56,703 bases of DNA from Convolutriloba macropyga (Eukaryota). Positions 47,700 to 56,703 of the stretch are shown piece by piece. Position 1 is the first letter of the stretch, and each line of letters opens with the position of its first letter. A program made the position numbers and the translations under genes. Below the pieces are notes generated by a model. That model saw only the letters and a program-made list of their open reading frames with translations, was not told the origin of the DNA and did not search any database. The DNA lies in NCBI RefSeq assembly GCF_964194025.1, contig NW_027453125.1, positions 1 to 56,703 of the forward strand, in the 5' to 3' direction.

Positions 47700-50600
47700 G
47701 CGAAGGTGCACCTACACTTGGTGCACCGCCTCCACGGCCTGACGTCCCGGGCCCACGCACGCCCCCGGGCCGTTTGACACCCGCGCAGCGCGAAATGCCC
47801 TCACCCAGCGTCCACAGCCAAGGCTGCGCCAGCAATGTCGCCCAGCGGCAGCCACTGAACACCCAGCCCTCCGGTCGTCCGAATCCGACAGACATATCTA
47901 CATTGGGTCTGCCCGCTGCTGCAACAGTGCCATGGGGCCGCCAAGCGGGCCCCCGAGAGATGGCAGTCCAAGGCGCTAATGTCACACCCCCCTTGCTGGG
48001 TTCACCCACTGCAGCCAATGCCGGCCGCACAGCACCGGCCATCACGCCCCCGCCCCCAGGAAATGTCCGGCCTATCCCCACACCTAATTCCCCGCCCCCA
48101 GCTATGGAAAGACCAGCAGTTCCGCCAGGCGGCAGGGTAGGCCTGTGCAGAGGCTCGCCCACATATCAACAGGCCGCCCAGCCTGTCTCATTTGCAGGCC
48201 AGCAGAGAACCCCGCCTCCCCCGCCCCTCTCACAGTCCAACAAGTCTTTGCCAGCAGCTCCGAGTGCATCCCAAGCTCTCAGCTGTCCCACAAGATCCCC
48301 AGCACCAACTGCCGCTCCAGCCGCCAGTGACGCTGGAGTTGGGTCAGAGGACCAGAAAGCCAGCGGGGCCAGCCCGACACTCGGGCCGGGGCCGCAGACG
48401 AAGCCAGGGCCGATGGGGCACGACGCTGGCAAGGGCGGCCCTTCAGCATCTGACGCCGTCGCAGACACAGCCAAGCTGGCAACTGAATCCCCTGAGACAA
48501 AAATTGCACCCAGCAAAGCTCCAGGGATTGCGCAGGTAGGCTTTCAATCAACGGATTTCCCTGCATGAGGGATCCACACAGCACCCCTCCCCCTTGCGCG
48601 GAGGCCCTCCTTCACAATTGTGACTATGTGTGAGAACAGAGCGGTGGACACCCCGGGAAATCCTTGTGCACAGGATGTTTGGGGTTCCTGCCCCGATTCT
48701 TGTCGCCTGGATGTACAGAGGGTTGCTAAGCCCGATCCGAGCTGCGGCACCCCCCTGCAGATCTGCGGCCGTCTGCATCCCATGCCCCTCCTTAATCCCC
48801 TCTTGCTCCTAGCCTTGCGTTCCCGCCCCACCTGCTTCACGTGCTGCCCCTCTCCATCACGCTGCCCGTCTCTCTCGTTCAATTGATGGCATGACGATGT
48901 GTTTGTGTCTGATGGCGTCTGCGCATGCAGCCACATGCTGCCGTAGAGGCAGAGGCTTCAGGGTCTGCGGCCGTGGCTGCAACTCCCAAGGGTGGCGCTT
49001 CCGCCCCGACAGCGGCTACAGAGTCTGATGCCGTGGCTGCTATTCCGAAGGCTTCCGCCCCGGCAGAGGCTTCAGAGTCTGTCGCCGTGGCTGCTACTCC
49101 CAAGGCTTCCGGCGGAGGAATGGCACTCACCAAGCCCTCATCACCAGACTCCGGTGAAACTCCGCCGCCTCCAGAGTCACCTGCCTCGACCCAGGTTGCT
49201 GCCGCGGCGCGCAGCTCCTCCCCTCCCCGTGCTGAGCGAAGCTGCCTGGTTGCAGCAGCTCCTGAACAGCCCTGTGGCAGCCAGCAGCCCTCGCCGGCTT
49301 CCCCGCCCGTGCAGAAGCGAGATGAGGAGCCAGTCAGTTCCACCTGTCTGATCGCGGAGAAGAAAACAGAGGAGACTTCTGCGGAGTCAAGGCCACAGAA
49401 GAAAGCAGAGGAGGAAGCAGAGGAGACTCCTGCAGAGTCAACGCTCCAGATGACGGCAGAGGAGGAAGCAGAGGAGACTCCTGCAGAGTCACAGCCCCAG
49501 AAGGAAGTAGAAGCGACTCCCGCAGGGTCAAGGCCACAGAAGAAAGCAGAGGAGACTCCTGCAGAGTCAAAGCCCGGGAAGAAAGCAGAGGAGGAGGTAG
49601 AGGAGACTCATGCCGAGTCAAGGCCCCAGAAGGAAGCTGCAGAGGAGGAGGCAGAGGACACTGCTGCTGAGTCAAGGCCCCGGAAGAAAGCAGAGGAGGA
49701 GGCAGAGGAGACTTGTGCAGGGTCAAGGCCCCAGCAGGAAGCAGAGGAGGAGGCAGAGGGCCCCCGTGAAGCGTCAAGGCCTGGCCAGAAGAAAGCAGAG
49801 GAGGAGGCAGAGGAGACTCTTGCAGAGTCAAGGCCCCAGAAGGAAGCAGAGGAGGAGGCAGAGGAGCTTCGTGAAGCGTCAAGGCCCCAGAAGAAAGCAG
49901 AGGAGAAGGCAGAGGAGACTTGTGCGGAGTCAAGGCCCCAGAAGGAAGCAGAGGAGGAGGCAGAGGATCGTCCTGCAGCGTCAAGGCCCCGGAAGAAATC
50001 AGAGGAGGAGGCAGAAGAGACTCCTGCAGAGTCAAGTAGGCCCCCTGCTGTGGACATCACTGCCCCTGCGTCTGCTGAGGGCACTCCTGGCATGGTCGGC
50101 TCTAAGCTCGCACGCGAGCCGTCGCAGGCGGAGGCGCTGACTCCTACTCAGCAGCCTTCACAAGATCAAACCAGGGTTCGTACAGATAACGAGGCAGAGC
50201 AGGCCGCGTCTCTGGACCTTGGGCCGGATGCCTCTCCCCCAGCAGCAGAGACCGCAGAAGGAACAGGAGGTACTAACATCCCAACGTTAGGTTGTGTCCT
50301 TTCCCCAGCCCCTGCCATGCGGTGATTGATTAGCTTGCTTGCCTGCACCATTCCTGCTTGCGTTGTTAAACCTGTCCTGGTTGGCTAGTGCAGTCTTCCC
50401 TGCTGTACAGCCGCCGCCGCCCCCCTCCATGCCCCATCATGGACATGCACTAACTGTGCCCCTGCCGTCTCTTCACATTCCCTTTATCTCCTGCCAAACC
50501 CTCTCCATGTCTCTCTGCGCCTCTACTTTCTTGAGTTTGCTGCATTACAATCTGCCCTCCCACTCTCAACACAAAGACCATGTCGACGTTCCTGTGAAGT

Positions 50601-53368
50601 AGGCACTGACTGCTGAGGTGTCCGTGTTGCACCCAGGATCTGGCCACCAGCCTGACACAGCTGCGGGAAATGGCACGTCCGGCAGCCCCTCTCCTCCCTT
50701 GGAATCAGGCGACCCCGACAATGCCACACCTCAGGAGCTCAGCCCCGCCCCGCCTGTGGAAGCAGGTGACAGTCTTGCAGCTGGCTCAGGCGCCGGTGCT
50801 GCTCCCTTCCTCGGCCGGCTCACTCAGTCTGAGATGCGTGCAAAGCTGAGGCGGCAGGGCTTGCGGTCGAGTGCTTGCAACTCCTCAGTCTCTGGGGGAA
50901 GAGAGAGTTGTGGAGAGGGTGGGCGAGGCTGTCAGAACGCCGCAGGAGACTTGATCATTGCGGATGGCGGTGGCAAGAGCTTGGAGCCCTGTGCAGCACG
51001 CTCTGCCCAACAGTTGTCCGACCTGACATCCGTAGCGCGGGCTGCGCCTGGTGGTCAGCGGTCCTTGAAGTCATCCCAGCTCCTAATGTCTGCGTCGGCT
51101 ACGCCTAGCGACTCACGGGCGGCTGCCACGACAGGCCGGAGAAGCAAAGCACCCATGGTGAGCCTTGTAACTTCTGCACGTCCAGCTGAAGGCTCATGGC
51201 AATCTTCTAAGGCAGACACTCAGAAGCCAAAGAGCGTGGCTAGCCTCAAGAGGAAGATGTTTCCAGATGGGGAACCCTCACGCAAGAGGCCGAGACCGCC
51301 GTCCAAGAGAATAGTGAGGAATGGCGCAACAGTCAGATCGCCAGCTGCTGGACGGCACACCAGGTCAATGGACACACGAGGCCCTAACGACCTGTCCCCT
51401 CTGCTCAGCGGAGCATGGGAAGCCGTGCCAAAACCCTCGCCCAGTGATCCCAAAGGCTCTGATGCAGGCGAGGTGTGCGACCGGCTGTCTGGGGAGACAT
51501 CCGGTCAGAAGAGGAAGATACAACCGTCCTCGCCGACGGCACAAAAACCTCCACTTCGAAAGGGCGGCATTCGGAGAACTGGGCATGGCCTAGCCATGGG
51601 CACGTCCCAGCCCTTGAGCTCCGGTGACCCATCCGCTGCCGGGGAACCCTCACACAAGAGGCCGAGGCCGCCGGTCAAGAGAATAGTGAGGAAAGGCGCA
51701 ACAGTCAGATCGCCAGCTGCTGGACGGCACACCAGGTCAATGGACACACGAGGCCCTAACGACCTGTCCCCTCTGCTCAGCGGAGCATGGGAAGCCGTGC
51801 CAAAACCCTCGCCCAGTGATCCCAAAGGCTCTGATGCAGGCGAGGTGTGCGACCGGCTGTCTGGGGAGACATCCAGTCAGAAGAGGAAGATACAACCGTC
51901 CTCGCCGACGGCACAAAAACCTCCACTTCGAAAGGGCGGCATTCGGAGAACTGGGCATGGCCTAGCCATGGGCACGTCCCAGCCCTTGAGCTCTGGTGAC
52001 CCATCCGCTGCCCCCGGACGTGGGTATGATGGGCCTGCAAAGAGCGCAACAGGCATGTACACCTCTAAGGAGGTGGAGCAGCTGTTCGCAGCAGCCGGCA
52101 CAGACCCAGGAAGCAACTCGGCCAGCTCCAGTGAGGGCTCCCAATCTGAGGAGGCCGCAAGCAGGGAGGAGCAGCAGGAAGACCAGAGGGAACCAGTATT
52201 CACAGACCCTATAGCCGTAAGACTGCGCACGAAGAAGCAGAGTGACGTTGATGCGGGGACCGAAGCCAGTGCATCAAGGCCCTCAAGCATCTCAACCTCT
52301 GCCAGGAAGCCGGAAGCCAGCAAACGCAGTGTCAGCACTTCCTCAACCCACAGAGGGTGCAGAACAAAGGCATCGAGAGGCGACTCAGGTCTGTCTTGTT
52401 TGCCCAAGAGGGCAGTCGCTCTTCCTCAAGGTGCATTGTCGTCCTTCTGGCTTCATCTCTTTACCCCTCTGTTGCTTGATCTGCGCCCTCCTTTCGACTC
52501 CATGTATTCAACATCCCCTCATGAGCAGTCAAGGCAAGCCTATTGCAAGTGCCTACCAAACCACGCCAGAGAGCCGCGGGGGGGGGGGGAAGCTATAGAT
52601 GCTCCCTCGAAAGCACACAAGTTAGAGAAAGTCGTATGCCCTGGGGTCTCTACCTCCAGCCTACCTGTTGTCAAACACGACTCCTGTCCTCGCTGAGCGA
52701 CAGTGCAGACGGCTTGTCTCAGCATGTTGCGCTCGTGCATGTCCCTTCAGTTGCAAAACCACTGAGCCGGAAGATGATAGAAGAAAGGAAACGCTTGGCG
52801 AGGAATCTGACGGGCAAGCGCCTGTTAGTGCCGGGCCAGGTCTTCAAAACACCCCACATCGACTACCCTGCAGTGGTGAGTGACAGCGCAGCTACGCCTG
52901 CTGTCGTGTGAGTGCGGTTTGAGAGGGTGATAGGCACAGGCCCTCAGCAGCATGACATAGAGTTACGCAGTGATGCCACACCCCCAGCTTGATGCCTCAC
53001 CCCCAGCTTGGACGCTGGTGTTTCACAACTGTGCTCATCTCCACAGGTGTGGAAGCCGGACAGCAAGCGGCCGACCACTGTTCTTGTGAAGTTTGACGAC
53101 AAGTCGCAGTACTGGTTCCCAGTAGGTGAGTACTGGCAGCCGGGCCTGTGTTGTGTTCAGCAGACTGTGTCCGGCTTGACTTGAAAATCCGCTTTCCATG
53201 GCTGTCAAGAAGCCTGTCCCTGACAGTATGGCATATCTTTGGTCTGTCTTCCACCCACTGACAGCTTCTGGCCATTGCTCTCCGCCCCACATGGCTGATG
53301 GATGTGATCTCGACATCCAAGCGGATGTGGAGAAATGGACCGTGTCTCCACAAAAGAAGAAGAAGTGA
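47700..53368 (+). CDS. Large low-complexity (Pro/Ala/Ser/Glu-rich) probable nuclear protein with a C-terminal Tudor/SH3-like module; exons ~47700-48535, 48931-50269, 50637-52388, 52751-52875, 53047-53125, final exon to 53368; first exon unresolved
   Basis: Phase-compatible GT-AG junctions join the long ORFs. Basic NLS-like clusters (RKRPRP, QKRK). C-terminus LTGKRLLVPG..YPAVVWKPDSKRPTTVLVKFDDKSQYWFP..VEKW. Confidence 0.65.
49360..50035 (+). repeat. Coding minisatellite, ~51-bp unit (EETPAESRPQKKAEEEA-like), ~13 copies
   Basis: Repeated GAGGAGACT..GAGTCAAGGCCCCAGAAG units in frame. Confidence 0.9.
51269..52012 (+). repeat. Near-identical in-frame 372-bp tandem duplication (51269-51640, 51641-52012)
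   Basis: 124-codon unit GEPS.KRPRPP...SSGDPSAA present twice. Confidence 0.95.
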
Positions 53369-54219
53369 AGCGCATCTGAGTTTGGATTGCTGCCAGCGGG
53401 GTTTGCCCCCGGGATGGTATTGCAATCCATCAACTCGTGAGTGTCAGCGAGAGACTCTCGGCTCGCCACTGTATCCTCTACCTAGCTGCTTTCCAGAAAT
53501 CCAGAGAGCTGGAATCATTACAGATCCCGAATAAGCTGTACATGTGTTGGCGCGTCCAATATGTAGTCGAATCCGAGTGATCAGTACGTCCATATGGCGC
53601 ATGTATAGAGCGAAGTCGCGCAAACTCGTTGTGACGGAGCTCAGCTTGTGAATTGTGCCGCAGGGCACGCTTGATAGATGTAGCATACATGCACATGTGA
53701 CGGTGGTTCTTCTGCGTGATGTGGCTCATGGTCTGCATGGACGACGGTGCCTTCGATCTATGTTGAGGCTCACGGATCGAGCTGCTCCCCCATATATAGT
53801 CCAATTTATTGCCTATTATGTGCTGTACATGGCTGCATGCACATGGGCGCGCAGCTGTGCTGTGTGCATGTTGGTATATACTATGCCTATGTTCGGGTAT
53901 ACGGTAAGGTACAGGAGTCGGTACCTGCCTGGCTCAAAAGAATCAATGGTTGTGACGTGTGTGAGTGTGGGTGTGTGTGTGTGCCACCGCCTGGAGACAG
54001 CACTGCTCTGCTCTGAACTCATGCTTGTGTTCACGCACTAGCCGTACATTCGTACTCGTAGTTTGTGAAGTTTTTGTGAAGTATTCGTACGAGCAGGCTG
54101 CCGGGACTTAATATGATCGATCCCTCTGGTAGTATATATATGACTATATGTGTACCTGCCAGTACCTTCAAAAATGACGATCGTGTCACATGCACCCCTG
54201 ACTACTACTACTAGTACTA

Positions 54220-54690
54220 CACTGCTCCACAAAAGTTTGCACCCCCTAAAATCTTCCCATAATTTTGTCGATGGCCAATGCATTGAGTTACGAAACCATC
54301 TTTGGCTCCCTTGGCTGAAGAACAATGCATTATGACTCGTTATGGCTTAGATGTCAAGGCAGTGGTAAGGTTATGCATTACATGGTGGGTGGGGGTGCCC
54401 ATGGTAAGGCAATTCCATGTTGAGTTTACTTCGATTTTGCCTGAAACTAAAAATATTGTCACATTTCGAGACATAAGTGATCACTTCTTAGTTCCTTACA
54501 ACATCGTAGCAAGGACAATGTGTCTCTTGTCATGCATAGCTAGGAACCATAAGGCCTCACCCTACAACACTAGGGCCTCATGAGTTGCTGGTGCTTTGCT
54601 GGTGATTTCGAGCGACCCAATTTTGGAACCTTCTTGACACTATTTGGAGTCCTTCCACCATGGATGAGACACTCAAGCCATGCTATTCGT
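54220..54690. mobile_element. Possible Tc1/mariner-like left end with decayed body
   Basis: TA|CACTGCTCCACAAAAGTTTGCACCCCCT resembles Tc1 termini. No matching right TIR seen. Confidence 0.3.
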
Positions 54691-55079
54691 GCGCCTGAGG
54701 CACTACCTAGAGGTACACTACCTAAGTAGCATACGAGTGGGCGGTACGGGACCCTACCTACTACTCGTACCAGTACTAGTACGAGTAGATGTACCTACTA
54801 CTCATACTAGTACCAGGAGGAACCCTGCTACTACCTACTTCGAGGATGGTTCCGGTGGAGTACAACTACCGCCTACCTACCTAGGCCGCTCTAGGTAGGT
54901 ACTAGAGGTATCTACTCATGATCACATCTCGCATATGCGGCCCGTACCAGCATTTATCCGACTGGCCGCGGGCGATTACGAGTACTTCGCGGACACACAG
55001 ACAGACAGACAGGCACAATTTCACACACCCGCCACCCGGAACAAACAGAGTTTGTGATAAGAGCACCCCATGTAGGGTA

Positions 55080-55563
55080 GGGAGCGGGGGACCTAATTAT
55101 ATACATTTTTGCGGTCTTTTAGCACCCCTGGTTCACCATGATGCCGGCTGGCACACCACCTGTGTAGCCGGCGACAGTTTGTCGAAGACATATGCAGTCT
55201 TCCGCCAGGAGCGGCGGTGATGGCGGTCACGTCGGCAGCCGCGGCAGGTCGGGGGGGGGGGGGGGGGGTAAGCGCATCTTCCGGGGGTGTTCCTAATTAT
55301 AGACATTTTTCGCTAGAAATAAATACGAAATTATTACATATATATTACGAATACATAACGGATGCAGTCCGGATCCATTTCCCCTCTGTAAAAACATTTC
55401 TGTCCTCTTTTTGACAGCATGTGACAAAAAAACGGAATCCCGCGATCGGACAGGTGGATGCTACGAGCAAAGCTCAGGCAGTAGTATACTCAGTATGTAT
55501 ATGAAAACGTACCAAATGTATATAATTAGGAACATGTCTACGATTAGGTACGTCCCCTCTCTC
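55080..55563 (-). mobile_element. MITE family copy 3 (inverted relative to copy 2)
   Basis: TA|GGGAGCGGGGGACCTAATT is the reverse complement of 45496-45514. 55435-55557 matches 45040-45160 and 39200-39320 in reverse. Confidence 0.8.
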
Positions 55564-56651
55564 TACCCCCTACTGTACCTGGGTAGGAAATCTAGGTACC
55601 CTAGGGTACCCTCCCGGACCTATCCACCGACCTACCTACAGCACCTTCCGAGTTCCGGTAGTACGAGTACTATCCTGTATCCACCTTTCCGGTATCTAGG
55701 GATACTATCGACAATCCTCATCCTTTTCGTACGAGCATGCATACGGGACGATCACCCATGTGAGAATATGATCGAAATATTTTAAAATTCTGGAAGACAT
55801 GGGCCGGCGCGATGGCTCGTATTGTACTCGTAACGGGTGGAGAGGGAAAAGGCAACAAAAAAAGGCGGTATATGCAGAAATTAAAAAGGTAGGTTAAAAA
55901 TAGGGTTTATTAGGGTCTTAAAATTTTAACACCGGTATTTCTAGGGTCTTTGCTAGGGTATTGCTTATTGTCTCCACTGCAGAATTCATTTCTGCAGATT
56001 GCCGCACTGCCCTGGCATAACGTACAAACTAACAAATGTACCCGTACTGGTACCGCCGGTGCGCATACTCGTACGTATTGATAGTTTTTGAATTTCGAAT
56101 AATAAGCATGGTGCACTGTACTCGTACAGTACTTGCTAGTACTATACGAGTACCCACACTTGTTAGCACTTACTTTCCGACACCAACCCTGACCTATTTC
56201 TGTTCGCTACTCGCGATTGCGCAACAGATCTGGCTTTGTCCCTCCCTCGCCGTGTTCGTCCCGCTTCAGCGGAGCTGAGCCCGTGATTTATCGTCGCCAG
56301 GGTCTTAAATTCAGGCGAGGAAACCGTTTATCTAGCTGCTGCTCGGCGAGTCGGCGCTCGCATTGCGCATGTCTGTCTGTCCGTCCGTCGGTCTCNNNNN
56401 NNNNNNNNNNNNNNNNNNNNNNNNNNNNNNNNNNNNNNNNNNNNNNNNNNNNNNNNNNNNNNNNNNNNNNNNNNNNNNNNNNNNNNNNNNNNNNNNNNNN
56501 NNNNNNNNNNNNNNNNNNNNNNNNNNNNNNNNNNNNNNNNNNNNNNNNNNNNNNNNNNNNNNNNNNNNNNNNNNNNNNNNNNNNNNNNNNNNNNNNNNNN
56601 NNNNNNNNNNNNNNNNNNNNNNNNNNNNNNNNNNNNNNNNNNNCTTTCTCC

Positions 56652-56703
56652 GTCCATTCATCCATCCATCCATATCTCCATCCGTCCATCCATCCATCCA
56701 TCC
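56652..56703. repeat. (ATCC)n microsatellite flanking an assembly gap
   Basis: Directly visible after the Ns at 56396-56643. Confidence 0.85.

Noticed and set aside
49360-50035. Regularly spaced repeats resembling a CRISPR array
   Set aside because: Units are in-frame coding repeats without unique spacers; eukaryotic context, no cas genes.

Overview
Intron-rich, GC-rich eukaryotic DNA. It is probably from a green alga, inferred from GT-AG introns, transit-peptide-like N-termini, a bacterial-type NhaA and TTTAGGG-like words. Host genes: a PC-esterase/TBL-like SGNH protein, a CDPK/CAMK-type kinase, a DUF3431-like secreted protein, an RluA-like/HemK fusion gene, a Na+/H+ antiporter NhaA, and a large low-complexity protein with a Tudor-like C-terminus. 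Between them lie many mobile-element remnants: an Academ-like DNA transposon, a Helitron/Helentron PIF1 fragment, a MITE family and a fold-back element. The most notable feature is an apparently young, 5'-truncated non-LTR retrotransposon (2941-5916) with a perfect 21-bp target-site duplication and a (TCC)n tail. Its single uninterrupted ORF fuses a DNMT3-like cytosine methyltransferase domain to RNase H, a zinc knuckle and a restriction-like endonuclease, i.e. a Dualen/RandI-type LINE apparently carrying its own DNA methyltransferase. All family assignments come from motif recognition by eye; no database searches were run.
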